DNA from: a virus | Length of the DNA: 64,000 nucleotides | IMG/VR virus record: IMGVR_UViG_3300045988_175036 | Location: 32,001 to 96,000 of that record | Strand: one strand, 5' to 3' | Shown here: positions 1 to 11,617 of the stretch, piece after piece | Layout of the letters: each line of letters begins with the position of its first letter | How positions within the stretch are numbered: position 1 is the stretch's first letter | Program-made: the position numbers and the translations under genes | The notes under the pieces: generated by a model | What the model was told of the DNA's origin: nothing | What the model saw: the letters and a program-made list of their open reading frames with translations, nothing else | Database searches by the model: none

Positions 1-3000
1 ATCAATGATTTGACAGTTGGAACTACAGAATGGAAAAATGCACTTCTTGATGTAAATAATCAAGTTTTGGAACTCTTGGATAAGTATCCTCAATTAGCAT
101 CTTATTTGACTTCTGAAAATGGTGTATTAGGAATTTCAGAGGAAGGTATCCAGAAGGCTACAGATATTGCACAAGAGCAAGCACGTAGAGCTCAAGCCTT
201 ATCCGTTACGAGTCAGTATGCTGAAACAACCAATCAGAGAAGAATTGCTCAAAAAGCATATCAACAAAACTTCTGGTCTTATGACCAATATACTGGTAAT
301 GTTATCACAAACCCCGAAGCAGCAAAAGCTTTTTCAAATTATCTCAAAGAAAATCCAGATATGACAGCCGAAGATTTTCAGACTTTGGCTGGAGGCGCAG
401 GGGAAGAACTCTCCAAATTGGCTGATATTACTGGCCTTACTGTCAATCAAATGGCGGATTTAGTAGATATTACTCGTTCTTATAATAAAGATATGGTAGC
501 TTATGGTCTTCAAGAAGAAAATTACCGTAATGCTTTGGGAGTTTTAGCGGGGGATGTTTCTTCTAATAAACGTTGGAGTATGGTCACTCAAATGTTTAAC
601 CTGGATGAGACTGCTTCTGAAATAGACGCCGCGCGTGATAAATTGGATACGACAATTTCTGAAATGGCTCGTGACTTGAAAGATCAAGGTTATACAAGTA
701 TTATGGATTTGACCGGAAGTGACGCCACTTACCGTCAAGTTTATGAAGCCGTTACAGGTCAAAGTTCAGAGGGCGTTGATATTGACAGTATAAAGGATTA
801 TTTAGCTCAATTCCAAGTTTTGAATGGCCAAGTTGAAGAAGCTATTCCAATTCTAAATAAGTTGACATCAATGAAAAATCAAGGCCTAGCTGATGAAATT
901 GCTGGACGAATTGCTGGTGGAACTGGCCTAACGCGAGCTCAAGCAGAAAAACCACTTACAAAAGCTGACTTGCAGGAAATGGCATCTCAAATGGGATATG
1001 CTAATGACGATGAAATGGCAAAAGCTTTTGGATTTGATGATTGGACGGCTCTTTTCAATCAGTGGTCACAGGACGCCGCTTCAATTGCTTCACAGTTTGA
1101 GGAAAAGGAAGCAACTGCTGCTAATGTTATTGGTCAAAATCAAGTAGAAAAAGCAAGCTCTTTGATGGGAGATAAAGACTTCCAAACCTACTCCAAATAT
1201 CTTGAACAATTGGCAACTCTTTATGCTAAAGCGGGGGTAAATGGCGCGCAAGCGGTTGATTTGTTCCAAAGTTCTCTTGAAGCTTTGATTTCTAATAATC
1301 CTCAGTATGAGAAAGAAATCAAAGATATTATTGGAATGACCGACCTTTCTGACTATGACAGTGTCGAAGCAGCAATTTCTGATATAAAAGAACTTATTCC
1401 TGGAGTTGGAGACGAACTCAATAATTTTGAGACAGCTCTTATTCAACTAGGTAAAGCCACTAAAAAAGTCAACTTGAAAACCACAATGTCTGATTTGACT
1501 TCGATGTTAGACTTAGCAGATGAGATTTCTTCCCGCTCTCGTTCCGAAGGCATTACTCAAGACGAACTAGAACAAATTGTATCTAGTGGTGCTGCTGACT
1601 ATTCTGATTTTATGTTTACAGGTCAGGAATTTATTCCAGTGACTTCTACTATGGACGACCTGGCCGAAGCAGTGCGCGCGAACACTCAAGCCGCTATTGA
1701 AAATACTTTAGCGCTTTTGAAGCAAGCAATTAGTGAGGGCGAATATGTTGAAGAAATGTTCAATCAAGAGGAATCTTGGAAAGGGATTTCTGACGAGCAA
1801 AAAAATCGAATTCTAAGCGGAGAAGCTAGTGCGACGCTTGATGCGAATGTAATTCGAGATGTTCTTCAATTAGACAAGAGTGCCTCTACGGAAGAGGTTA
1901 TGTCTAAATATCGCGCCTATATGCCAGATTATTTGAATTTAGCTGATAATCGTTCTCAAGCAGAAAATTATCAGAGTTATATGGACCAGGCAGCCGCTTG
2001 GAACACCGACGCGCAAAATCTCCTTCTACAAGGAAATACAGATGCTCTCGATGATATTGTCAACGCGCGTGAATTGAGTGGAACCGTTGAAAAACTAACG
2101 GATGATTATGAAGCCAATACAGAAAACGGCGAAGCCAACTCTGACATGATGAAAACTCAAGGTGTCAGATATACAGAGAATGAGAAAAAAATAAAAAAAC
2201 TTTGTGAAGGTATTGAAGACGTAAAGGATGCTTTTGATAAAGGAACTGAAGCTTTGGCCAACGGTGAGACTCCTGCTGACGATTATTGGCAAGCTCTTTC
2301 TAAAATTGAGAGTAAAGGCCGCCAAGTCTTTGGTGAGAATTTTACTCAAGATTTCATCCAGCAAAATGCTGATTTGATTTCTCAGCTGACCGAAGGCGGA
2401 GAAGTTGGCGAACAAGCTTTTATTTCCCTTCAACAGAAAATTTCTGAAGCCACTCAGCAAGCAGTTGAAGATTTGACTTATTTTGATACTAATCTCCAGC
2501 AAGTTAGAAGTGCACTTGACGGGTTAGATGGAGTAAAAGCCGAGTTCAAGGTCAATGGCACTGCTGATGTATCTCAATTAGTTCAACAACTAATCCTTGC
2601 TGGTAACACAGCGGCTGAGGCCGCGCGGATTGTTGAGTCTTTGACAGGTTCAACTGTTACTTATACTGTTGATTGGCAGTGGGTTACTCTTCCTACTTCG
2701 TTAGCAATGAGTTCCACTTATGCCGGTCTTGAGAAGGCAGGCGCGAGTGGCGGTTTTACTTCTGTAAAAATTCCTAAAGTTATTCAGGCAGTTGGCACAA
2801 AAAATAATTATAGCGGCTCTGGATACTCCGGTTCTTCTAGCGGAGGCGGCGGAGGAGGAGGAAGTTCTTCTAAAGATACCGTTTGGGAGAATCCTTATGA
2901 TAAGCTTTATAATTTGACGGAGCAAATCAATGAGGCTCTACGTCAGCGCGAAAAACTTGAAAGAGAGTATGACAGAATTCTTGAGCGCAGAGGTTCGACT

Positions 3001-4713
3001 TTCAAAGAACTTCGTGCGAACTACAATGCTCAAGTCAAGTCTCTTGAAGAAGAAATTAAACTCCAAGAGAAACTGCGCGCGGGTCGTAAGGGACAGCTTG
3101 ATGCGATTAGTAATGAAAAATATACGGATAGTGAAGGAAATCGTAAGACGTTCGCGCAGACCGGAGCAACAAAATATGCACGATATGACCAAAGTCTAAA
3201 TCGTATTATTATTGATTGGGATGCTATTGATATGATTACTGATGATGACCTTGGTTCTGCTGTCGAGGCTTATGTCAGTCGGTTAGAAGAACTTCAAGAC
3301 CAATTTGAAACAACAGATGAAACAATTGAAGATATGAAAGATACTCTTGATGAGTTACGCAAAAGTCAAATGTCTGATTATCTTGATTTTGAACAAAGTG
3401 TCTATGACGCTCTTGTAAATGCTCAACAGAAGCTTATTGACGAGTATCAATCTCTATCTGATAGTATTGCTGATTCAAATTCTAAAATTTTGGAAAATCT
3501 TCAAGAAAGTATTGATTTAGAGCGTCAAATTCGAGATAATACAAAAACAGAAGAAGATATCAATGAGAAAGAAGCTCGTTTAGCTTTCTTGCGACGTGAT
3601 ACTTCAAACGCCAACGCTTTAGAAATCAAAAAATTGGAAGAGGAATTGAGCGACGCTAGGGAAGATTATTCTGATAGTTTAGTTGACCAACAGCTTGAAC
3701 GCCTTACTCAACAAAATCAAGATGCACAAGAAGCACGTGAAAAGCAAATTGAACTTATGCAAGCTCAACTTGATTATGCTTCTGAGAATGGCGAATTCTG
3801 GAATAGAGCATATGAATTGATAAATGAAGGCTTCGCGGCAGATGGTTCTCTCAATCAAGCAGCTCAATTATGGGAACTCCTCAAAGCTGATGAAGGCTGG
3901 AATGGTCTAAGCAAATTTGGCCAGCTGAATTGGCAAGAAGAAATTTCTAAGGCGATTATCGCTGCCAGCCAAGGCTATGCTAACTGGAACATGTATAAAG
4001 CTGAACAAGTGGACAAGTCTTTGGTTCTACCAGATGGAACTCTATTGACTTATGATGGGAAGCAATGGAAAGATAGTAATGGCAATGTTTATAATGGAAT
4101 TGATTTTGATTCTAATAAAAATCAATTTACCTATGGTTCGATTGATTATACTACACCACCAACACCAGGAGGGGGCAGTACCGGTTCATCCAGTGGAGCC
4201 GAGAAGAAAGAAATTTCTGTTGGCAGCACATTCAATGCCACTGGTGCTCCTATCTATCCATATCCGGGCGGCTCGGCTCAGCGGCAATATTTTGCTAATG
4301 ACCCTTATTATGTAGCAATTGGTGAATCTGGCGATTATTGGCTTGCTCGTTGGCATGGAGCTTCTTCTGGCTCAACTGGTTGGTTCAAGAAAACAGATGT
4401 AAAAGCATATAGGACTGGTGGCTTAGCTGATTTCACCGGGCCCGCTTGGCTTGATGGAACAAAATCTCATCCAGAATTAGTTCTCAATGCTAAAGATACT
4501 CAAAACTTCCTCATTCTCAGGGATATTTTGAGTTCTGCTGTCAAAAATGCTGGAACTTCAAATAATGGCGGAGATAATTATTATGATATAAACATTTCTG
4601 TTGATGAAATTGCTTCTGATTATGATGTTGACCAACTCGCGCGCCGTGTCAAGGAACAAATTGTAGAAGACAGCATTTATCGTAATGTCAACACAATAAG
4701 TTTTATCAGATAA
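1..4713 (+). CDS. tail tape measure protein (5' end outside window)
   Basis: Frame is open from base 1. Over 1560 aa with a long coiled-coil-like Q/E/A/L-rich body and a G/S linker (GSGYSGSSSGGGGGGGSSS). C-terminal TGPAWLDGTKSHPELVLN-type motif. Followed by Dit/Tal-like genes. Confidence 0.8.
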   Translation: MNDLTVGTTEWKNALLDVNNQVLELLDKYPQLASYLTSENGVLGISEEGIQKATDIAQEQARRAQALSVTSQYAETTNQRRIAQKAYQQNFWSYDQYTGNVITNPEAAKAFSNYLKENPDMTAEDFQTLAGGAGEELSKLADITGLTVNQMADLVDITRSYNKDMVAYGLQEENYRNALGVLAGDVSSNKRWSMVTQMFNLDETASEIDAARDKLDTTISEMARDLKDQGYTSIMDLTGSDATYRQVYEAVTGQSSEGVDIDSIKDYLAQFQVLNGQVEEAIPILNKLTSMKNQGLADEIAGRIAGGTGLTRAQAEKPLTKADLQEMASQMGYANDDEMAKAFGFDDWTALFNQWSQDAASIASQFEEKEATAANVIGQNQVEKASSLMGDKDFQTYSKYLEQLATLYAKAGVNGAQAVDLFQSSLEALISNNPQYEKEIKDIIGMTDLSDYDSVEAAISDIKELIPGVGDELNNFETALIQLGKATKKVNLKTTMSDLTSMLDLADEISSRSRSEGITQDELEQIVSSGAADYSDFMFTGQEFIPVTSTMDDLAEAVRANTQAAIENTLALLKQAISEGEYVEEMFNQEESWKGISDEQKNRILSGEASATLDANVIRDVLQLDKSASTEEVMSKYRAYMPDYLNLADNRSQAENYQSYMDQAAAWNTDAQNLLLQGNTDALDDIVNARELSGTVEKLTDDYEANTENGEANSDMMKTQGVRYTENEKKIKKLCEGIEDVKDAFDKGTEALANGETPADDYWQALSKIESKGRQVFGENFTQDFIQQNADLISQLTEGGEVGEQAFISLQQKISEATQQAVEDLTYFDTNLQQVRSALDGLDGVKAEFKVNGTADVSQLVQQLILAGNTAAEAARIVESLTGSTVTYTVDWQWVTLPTSLAMSSTYAGLEKAGASGGFTSVKIPKVIQAVGTKNNYSGSGYSGSSSGGGGGGGSSSKDTVWENPYDKLYNLTEQINEALRQREKLEREYDRILERRGSTFKELRANYNAQVKSLEEEIKLQEKLRAGRKGQLDAISNEKYTDSEGNRKTFAQTGATKYARYDQSLNRIIIDWDAIDMITDDDLGSAVEAYVSRLEELQDQFETTDETIEDMKDTLDELRKSQMSDYLDFEQSVYDALVNAQQKLIDEYQSLSDSIADSNSKILENLQESIDLERQIRDNTKTEEDINEKEARLAFLRRDTSNANALEIKKLEEELSDAREDYSDSLVDQQLERLTQQNQDAQEAREKQIELMQAQLDYASENGEFWNRAYELINEGFAADGSLNQAAQLWELLKADEGWNGLSKFGQLNWQEEISKAIIAASQGYANWNMYKAEQVDKSLVLPDGTLLTYDGKQWKDSNGNVYNGIDFDSNKNQFTYGSIDYTTPPTPGGGSTGSSSGAEKKEISVGSTFNATGAPIYPYPGGSAQRQYFANDPYYVAIGESGDYWLARWHGASSGSTGWFKKTDVKAYRTGGLADFTGPAWLDGTKSHPELVLNAKDTQNFLILRDILSSAVKNAGTSNNGGDNYYDINISVDEIASDYDVDQLARRVKEQIVEDSIYRNVNTISFIR

Positions 4714-4773
4714 ATCGAGGCAACCAAGGATAAAGCAACTTATAAAAAGATTGAGTAAAGGAGGAAAAAATAG

Positions 4774-5658
4774 ATGGGCGTTTTAGGCGGAGACTTCATT
4801 GGCTTCTCTTTTGATGGTCATCATTCCTCCGACCTTGGGATTATGAGAGTAAGTGATGGAAGCAGGTATGCTGATTACCTGCTTCCCACTTCTCAGGATT
4901 TGACGGTCCAAGTTCCGGGCGGAGATGGAACCTACTATTTTGGTTCGTATGACACATCAAAAGTTTTTTCTATTTCTATTGCCTTTGATAGTCTAAAAGA
5001 AGAACAAATTAGTAATCTCCGAAAGATTTTTGGAGAAAAAAAGATTGGCAAGCTTATATTTGATGAAATGCCATATAAATATTATATGGTAAAAATTACA
5101 GGCCAGCCGCAATTGAAATATATTTGCTTTGGAAAAACTGGGCAAGAACGCATTTATAAAGGCGAAGGTACAATTCAATTTACTGCTTATTATCCTTATG
5201 CCAAGAGCACCGCACTTTTTCTTGGTGCTACTAATCTTACATCACTTGAAAATAAGGACGAATGGGCTGCGGCAAGTCGCTTACCACAAACCGCGCCGAC
5301 TTTGACTGGTAGTTCAATCCCTGTTTATAACGTTGGCGACCTACCAATGGACTGGCGCGCGCGGTATATATTCCCTAATGTCCCAACTGACATTTATATG
5401 GATGGGGTTGGAATGCTAAAATTTTCAGCCATTGCCAAGCAAGGTAGCGATGAATTTATTGAGGTAAATTCAAAAACAAACCTGATAGAAGGTTTGGATA
5501 CAAATGGAGAAAAGACTGGAAATATTTATAATAAATTCATGACCGGCGGAACTTTTTTCAAAATTCCTCCTATGGCAAGTGAGTCAGAGAAAAAGAATTT
5601 TATTTCGGTTGGCACTTCTTCTTGTTGGAAATTACTATACGACTATATCTATTACTAA
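4774..5658 (+). CDS. distal tail protein (Dit-like, siphovirus tail family)
   Basis: GGAGG RBS. N-terminus FSFDGHHSSDLGIMRV resembles phage tail (Dit) proteins. Lies directly after the tape measure. Confidence 0.65.
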   Translation: MGVLGGDFIGFSFDGHHSSDLGIMRVSDGSRYADYLLPTSQDLTVQVPGGDGTYYFGSYDTSKVFSISIAFDSLKEEQISNLRKIFGEKKIGKLIFDEMPYKYYMVKITGQPQLKYICFGKTGQERIYKGEGTIQFTAYYPYAKSTALFLGATNLTSLENKDEWAAASRLPQTAPTLTGSSIPVYNVGDLPMDWRARYIFPNVPTDIYMDGVGMLKFSAIAKQGSDEFIEVNSKTNLIEGLDTNGEKTGNIYNKFMTGGTFFKIPPMASESEKKNFISVGTSSCWKLLYDYIYY

Positions 5659-5668
5659 GGAGGTTTGA

Positions 5669-8600
5669 ATGAAAAAAGATATTTATCAAATCTCTTTATG
5701 GGAAGATTATGTAGTTCCGGCAACTGATACTGTCCCAGAGCATTATGAAGAACAACTTCTAGGCATTATTGGCTCCGATACGATGACAGCAGAATATCGT
5801 GCAACAGAGCCAAAGTTGATTCAAAATATCAACGGAACAAATACTCTTACTTTCAAAGTCTACTATACCTATATTGATACAGAGACCGGAGAGCGTCAAG
5901 ATAATCCTTTTATAAAACTTCTAGTAAACGAACGGAAAGTAAAATGTTTATGGAAAGGACAATGGTATGACTTCGTAATCAAGTCAATTCAAGAAGATAG
6001 CTCTGGTAAATCAATTACTTATACTTGTAAAGACTTATATATAAATGAGTTGAGCAAAACTGGTTTCAACTTAGAATTTGATAATGAGCTTGAGAACAAT
6101 CAAGGAACGGCGCAAGAATTAGGAGCAAAAATATTAGAAGGCACAGACTGGCAAGTAGCGTCTGAAGGACAGGATATTGTTCAACAGACAATTGAAGAAC
6201 CACTTTTTTTAGTCCAAATTCAAACTGCCATTACGGTCTATAAGAGTAATGGAAAAGACACATATGAAATTCCTTCTAGTAAAAAAATACTTGTGCCATA
6301 TTCTGTTACTCAAACTCCTTATCCTCAAATTTTTCAATTCTTCTATGACGAAGATGAAAATTATGCCAAATATCAAGAAGATAATAGTGTTCATCTTACC
6401 GGATTAGATTGTTCATTACTCAAAAATCCAATTTATTCTGTAACAGACGATGGAACTTTTACTCTAAAATTTGGAACCACTACCGTTCTAACAATTCCAA
6501 ACACTCAACCATTATCAGATTGGCGTGCTGATAGACCAATCCGCGCGCCTCTACAAGAGTATAGTTCTCTAGTTGGCAGATATTGTTATGTCTATAAAGG
6601 ATACGCCGGAAAGAAAATTTATAAATATATTACTACAGAATATAACGACCCGACAGTGGTTTTGAATTTAGTTGTCAATAATAAAGAGTTCAAGGACACT
6701 ACAGGTTGGATTGGTGAGGGGATGAGTTGGCAACTTTATCCTCCTTATACAGACATTAGTAATATAGAGTCCTATAGTGCTACTACCTATTTGGGTCTTC
6801 AAGGCGGAAAGACTATCTATAATGCCGGCCTTCAAAAATCTTCCATGTATATTGAAGGTGGGTTTCAGAAAGGCGAAAAATATATTTTCCGCGTGAAGGG
6901 GTATCAGACACTTGGTGGCGCAAAACTAACAACTAATTATCACATAGACCCCAAAGTCTGTTCTCATGATAATAACTTTACTCCATTAGCAACTTCTGAT
7001 GCTAATTATATCAATTACTTTGACGTTGGAACGGCAATTCAAAATGGTGATTGGATTGAGTATCCAATGACTTGCCAGGTTTCAATCCCTCGCTCTAAAA
7101 TTACAACCTCAAATATTGGTTTATTTATTACTCCTGTTGTTAGCTGTTGGATTGAAGAATTTCAATTCTTCAAAGAAGTTTATGGCAAAGATAGTGATGG
7201 CAATTCTACAAGAATAAATCCAGGCGAGATGGATAAAAATAGTGTTGCAACTGAAGTTTATTGCTATTTTGACTCCGCTACAACAGTGCTTGATGAGAAA
7301 GATATAGAATATCTTTGGAAGGCTACCTCTGACTGGTCTGGGAGTAGCGTGCCAGAACCTCAATATTCTATTGACGCAGATGGTAATTATACTTACGAAA
7401 AAATTCGTAGTATTACTGGAAAAAATTCGAATCGTTTCAATCTTTTACAATCTGTTGCCGAGACTTTTGAGTGTTGGGTTCGTTTTGAAATAAAGCATAA
7501 TGAGAATACGGGTAAAATTCTTTATGAAGATGGGAAACCGCAAAAATTTGTTTATTTCAAAAATGAAGTGGGAGAAGAAAACGGATGCGGATTCGTTTAT
7601 GGAATTGACTTAAAAACAATTTCTCGTTCTATCAATTCAGACCAAATCACTTCAAAAGTTGTTGTTGTTCCTAATACCACTCAATATGCAGAAAACGGTG
7701 TGTGTGAAATAGCGCAATCAGAATACAACCCTTGTAAGGAGAACTTCATTCTCAATTTTGATTATTATATAAATCAAGGATTGTTAGATGGTGGAGCAGC
7801 AAATAAAGATTTGTGGCTTTCTTCAGCTTCTGGAGGTCTTGGATATTATCCTTCCCTCAAAGAAAAGAATGAAGAATATTATAAGTCTGTTGAAGAGAAC
7901 GTCGCAAGAAAACTTGAACATGATAAACAGAATTCAACTCTTCAACTTTATCAGCAGTATTTGACTTCGACGACAGAACAGATTACTTCAACGAAGTCTG
8001 ACATCGCTAGATTGGCAGGTCTATTATCATATGATGCCGCGCGAGTTACTAGCTATGTGAAAGAACATCCTGGTTTTGAAAAGCTAGAAACTCTTATTGT
8101 TACTCTAAAAACTTTAGAAGGACAGAAGACAGATTATCAAGGAATCTATGGAAATCTAAAGAAAAGTGTTGACGCTCTTGAAAAAGCAATTGAAGCAGCA
8201 GAAGCCCGACAAACAAAGCTTTTGGAAGAAATAGATACGCTTCATAAAGCCTTTTATGAAAAGTATTCTCGTTTTATTCAAGAAGGTTCCTGGACCTCTC
8301 AAAACTACTTAGATGAGAATCTTTATTATCTGGATGCAAAGTCTGTAGCTTATACAAGCGCGCGCCCTCAAATTTCGTATAATATTTCTGTTCTAAGATT
8401 GAGCGCACTTGATGAATTCAAGAACAAAGTTTTTAGAATTGGTGATATAAGCTATATTGAAGACACTGAATTTTTTGGATATACTTATATTGCCACCGAA
8501 AGTGGAAAAGTAAGAAGTCCTTATCGTGAGAAAGTTCTAATTAGTGAAATCACTTCTAACTTTGATAGCCCCGAAAAAGATAGCTTCAAAGTTCAAAATT

Positions 8601-11600
8601 ACAAAACTCAATTTGAAGACCTTTTCCAGAGAATTACAGCTACGACTCAGTCTCTTCAATATTCAGTGGGTGAATACCAACGAGCCTCTGATGTAGTTGA
8701 AGGAACAGGTGTAATCAATAATGAGACGCTTCAATCGAGTATCGCGCGCAATGAACAGCTAATCTTCAGCTCTCAAAATAATACAATAGTCAAAGATGCT
8801 ACAGGTTTGACAGTCATCGACGCGAGTAATCCATCTAATCAGACAAAAATTACCGCCGGTGGCCTTTTTATCACAACGGATGGCGGATTGACCTGGAAGA
8901 ATGCTATTCGTGGTGAAGGTATTGCCACTCAGTATTTGACCGCGGGGGCAATCAATACAGAGAATATTACAATACTTGATGGCATCAATCCATCTTTTCG
9001 ATGGGATAGCTATGGTATTACGGCCTATAAAAAGAATGTCTCAGATAACGGTATCTTACTTGGATATACTTCAAACCAATTTGTCCGATATGACCAGTAT
9101 GGTATTTATGGCGTAAAGGATATTACAATCCAAGACGCTTCTGGTGAGTATAAACCTTCAAGTGAAGATCAGATTTGGAATGATGCTTCTTTCGGCCTGA
9201 CTTGGAAGGGTTTCTTTCTAAAAAATAAATATGGCGCAGGTCTTGTCGAAATCTCTTCAGAAAAAGATATCAATATAAGTGATGGTACTAATGACCGTAT
9301 TCGTATAGGTAAGCTCTCTGGAGATGGAACCACTGAGAATCCTTATACCTTTGGTATTAGAATAAATGATGCCACTGGCGCGATCGTCATGGAGACAAAT
9401 AGTGATGGAACTCTTTGGCTCAAGGATAGTTTGAATGTAGAGACAACGGATAGCGGTCTAAAAGTAGCAATCGGTAAACTTGGAGAAAGAGATGATAGTG
9501 GTCTCGCGCAAGTTATAAATGCCAATGACGCTTTTATTGTCTACGAAGACGGGTCAGTCCGTGCCCTCAATGGTAACTTTACTGGTGTTATAAATGCCAC
9601 AGATGGCTTTTTCAGTGGCGTTATCAATGCTACTGATGGTTCCTTTACTGGTGTTATAAATGCGACTGGTGGTACAATTGGCTCCATTCAGATTACCAAT
9701 GAAGGATTGACAGTAGGAAATGGTGGCTTTGAGATTACAAAGACTGGCGTAGACGGCACTATTGAGAAATTACTCTATGTCGATGACGAAGGTAATCTGA
9801 AAATTACTGGTGACTTAGAGGGTGCTGGTGGTTATTTTAGTGGAGAGCTCCGCGCGCCGACTGGTACAATTGGTGGCTTTGTAATTGAAGAAAATCTTTT
9901 ATACTCTCTTGGGCAAGATGAGAATGGTTCACCAAACATAGTCTTAAAAGGAACCGAAGGCAAGATTGTTGCGCGCGACATTGAATTAGGTGTCGGCGCG
10001 GTTATCAAAGATTATATCAAGTTAGGTAACGCTTTTCTTCAAAATCCTGATATCCATGATAATAAATTTATTGAAATCAAAGATGAAAATGGCCAGCCAA
10101 TTATTTCACTAACAGACACTGGAATTTTTACTCTTGGCTCTCTCGTTTTCAATGGTATCAATTCAACTATCAGTGGAAAGAATTGGGGAATTACTCCAGA
10201 CGAGGCTCGTTTTGGAAATGTCATCGCTCAAGGTGGCACAATTGAAAATGTAATTTTCAAAACTTCTTCTATTCAAACTCTTGGTGGCCTTATGATTTTC
10301 AAACCAACAAGTCATGGAGTAGGAGAGGGAAATATTTTTACGCTTGATGAAGAAAATAGCTTTTTCCAAAAAGGAGATTTTGTTAGTATAACTTCTGTTG
10401 GAGAAAGAAGTTTTTCCATTGAGACTTATATTGTTGATAAAAATGGCTTAGAAGTTACTTTAGCAGATAATGTTGAAGGTGCAGAAGCAATTACAAAATT
10501 AGCTTCAGCTTCTTGGGTGGATGGTAGAGCTGTATCCCTATCAGATGAATTACTTATTGGTATAAATCCAAACCCGGCTGGTCTTGGTAAAGATGCTCAT
10601 CTATTTAGAAGTGGTTTTTCATTTGTTGAGCCTGAACTTGGCGAAGATGGCAAATCTCTGGAATATAATGCTCCAAGCCTTTTCTTGGGCAATCTTTCTT
10701 CTCTTGGTATTCAAAATGTTTCAGGTTTTGGTCTTTATGGTGATAATGTTTTTCTAAAGGGTACTTTGACAACAAAAACTGGTGCAGACACCTATGCTGG
10801 TATCAATACTTTGAGTGGAGTACTCTCTAATAAAGTACGCTTCACAACTCAAGGTAAAATTGTTATTTGGGCTGGTGCAAGTAATTTTGATGAAAGTTCT
10901 ATCCAGAATGCTCCTTTTTTTGTAACTGATAATGGTAATTTATTTGCACGCCAAGGTGTGTTTGAAGGTTCGATTCTTACTAATTCAACAATTCAAGGTG
11001 CAGATATCTATGCTGCGCGCATTCATGGTGGAACTCAGGAAAGTGATGGCGTTGCAGCCCTGACCATCTATGATACCGCCGCAGGTATTATTTTCAAGAA
11101 GAATTTTGATGAAAATAATAAAGAGAATGGTGGTCAAGAAACCTTTAGAATTAGTGCTGATGGCTTCATTCAAAATGGAATTGAATTTATTTCCTTTGAA
11201 GATGAGGGCGTTCAATTTTCAGGCAATCGCGCGCGGATGGTTCAATTCCAAACTCAATTTGAAAATGCTTCTCTTATTATGAAAGGGACTTCTCTTTATA
11301 AGGGAATTTCGGTTGATAGTGGTAATACACAAGTTCTTTCAAAAATTGATTTTTCTACTGGAGATAAGGAACAAATTGATTTTATAGTAGGAGAGAGAAT
11401 TGCTTCATTTACTAATGAAGAGGCAATTTTTGATAAGAAAACAGTTTTACGAGACAATGTTCTTATGGGAGACATAAATACTGTTTATGTTTCTTACCAA
11501 AAAGTTGCTAAGGGCTATGATGTTTATGTTTATACCAATGAGAATGTTGATGTAAGTTCGAATATTGTTGATATCGCAGTTGCAGGTTATGCGATTGCTG

Positions 11601-11605
11601 GATAA
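5669..11605 (+). CDS. tail-associated protein / tail fibre (Tal-like, 1978 aa)
   Basis: Lies after Dit, with a GGAGG RBS. Very large beta-rich protein with a C-terminal fibre-like region carrying GVINATDG repeats. Confidence 0.6.
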   Translation: MKKDIYQISLWEDYVVPATDTVPEHYEEQLLGIIGSDTMTAEYRATEPKLIQNINGTNTLTFKVYYTYIDTETGERQDNPFIKLLVNERKVKCLWKGQWYDFVIKSIQEDSSGKSITYTCKDLYINELSKTGFNLEFDNELENNQGTAQELGAKILEGTDWQVASEGQDIVQQTIEEPLFLVQIQTAITVYKSNGKDTYEIPSSKKILVPYSVTQTPYPQIFQFFYDEDENYAKYQEDNSVHLTGLDCSLLKNPIYSVTDDGTFTLKFGTTTVLTIPNTQPLSDWRADRPIRAPLQEYSSLVGRYCYVYKGYAGKKIYKYITTEYNDPTVVLNLVVNNKEFKDTTGWIGEGMSWQLYPPYTDISNIESYSATTYLGLQGGKTIYNAGLQKSSMYIEGGFQKGEKYIFRVKGYQTLGGAKLTTNYHIDPKVCSHDNNFTPLATSDANYINYFDVGTAIQNGDWIEYPMTCQVSIPRSKITTSNIGLFITPVVSCWIEEFQFFKEVYGKDSDGNSTRINPGEMDKNSVATEVYCYFDSATTVLDEKDIEYLWKATSDWSGSSVPEPQYSIDADGNYTYEKIRSITGKNSNRFNLLQSVAETFECWVRFEIKHNENTGKILYEDGKPQKFVYFKNEVGEENGCGFVYGIDLKTISRSINSDQITSKVVVVPNTTQYAENGVCEIAQSEYNPCKENFILNFDYYINQGLLDGGAANKDLWLSSASGGLGYYPSLKEKNEEYYKSVEENVARKLEHDKQNSTLQLYQQYLTSTTEQITSTKSDIARLAGLLSYDAARVTSYVKEHPGFEKLETLIVTLKTLEGQKTDYQGIYGNLKKSVDALEKAIEAAEARQTKLLEEIDTLHKAFYEKYSRFIQEGSWTSQNYLDENLYYLDAKSVAYTSARPQISYNISVLRLSALDEFKNKVFRIGDISYIEDTEFFGYTYIATESGKVRSPYREKVLISEITSNFDSPEKDSFKVQNYKTQFEDLFQRITATTQSLQYSVGEYQRASDVVEGTGVINNETLQSSIARNEQLIFSSQNNTIVKDATGLTVIDASNPSNQTKITAGGLFITTDGGLTWKNAIRGEGIATQYLTAGAINTENITILDGINPSFRWDSYGITAYKKNVSDNGILLGYTSNQFVRYDQYGIYGVKDITIQDASGEYKPSSEDQIWNDASFGLTWKGFFLKNKYGAGLVEISSEKDINISDGTNDRIRIGKLSGDGTTENPYTFGIRINDATGAIVMETNSDGTLWLKDSLNVETTDSGLKVAIGKLGERDDSGLAQVINANDAFIVYEDGSVRALNGNFTGVINATDGFFSGVINATDGSFTGVINATGGTIGSIQITNEGLTVGNGGFEITKTGVDGTIEKLLYVDDEGNLKITGDLEGAGGYFSGELRAPTGTIGGFVIEENLLYSLGQDENGSPNIVLKGTEGKIVARDIELGVGAVIKDYIKLGNAFLQNPDIHDNKFIEIKDENGQPIISLTDTGIFTLGSLVFNGINSTISGKNWGITPDEARFGNVIAQGGTIENVIFKTSSIQTLGGLMIFKPTSHGVGEGNIFTLDEENSFFQKGDFVSITSVGERSFSIETYIVDKNGLEVTLADNVEGAEAITKLASASWVDGRAVSLSDELLIGINPNPAGLGKDAHLFRSGFSFVEPELGEDGKSLEYNAPSLFLGNLSSLGIQNVSGFGLYGDNVFLKGTLTTKTGADTYAGINTLSGVLSNKVRFTTQGKIVIWAGASNFDESSIQNAPFFVTDNGNLFARQGVFEGSILTNSTIQGADIYAARIHGGTQESDGVAALTIYDTAAGIIFKKNFDENNKENGGQETFRISADGFIQNGIEFISFEDEGVQFSGNRARMVQFQTQFENASLIMKGTSLYKGISVDSGNTQVLSKIDFSTGDKEQIDFIVGERIASFTNEEAIFDKKTVLRDNVLMGDINTVYVSYQKVAKGYDVYVYTNENVDVSSNIVDIAVAGYAIAG
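9578..9673 (+). repeat. three tandem ~33 bp in-frame repeats (FTGVINATDG / FSGVINATDG / FTGVINATGG)
   Basis: The direct repeat is seen both in the DNA and in the translated Tal sequence NFTGVINATDGFFSGVINATDGSFTGVINATGG. Confidence 0.8.
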
Positions 11606-11617
11606 AAGGAGATATAA

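Noticed and set aside
544-4315. Short ORFs inside or antisense to the tape measure gene (e.g. 544-762, 1090-1446, 2095-2502, 2930-3199, 4052-4315)
   Set aside because: They are fully nested in a 4.7 kb ORF with coherent protein features, lack an RBS and have low-complexity translations. They are typical shadow ORFs. The same reasoning applies to nested or antisense ORFs in every long gene of the window.
9578-9673. The Tal tandem repeats as a DGR variable region
   Set aside because: There is no template repeat and no reverse transcriptase. This is a simple in-frame triplication typical of fibre proteins.
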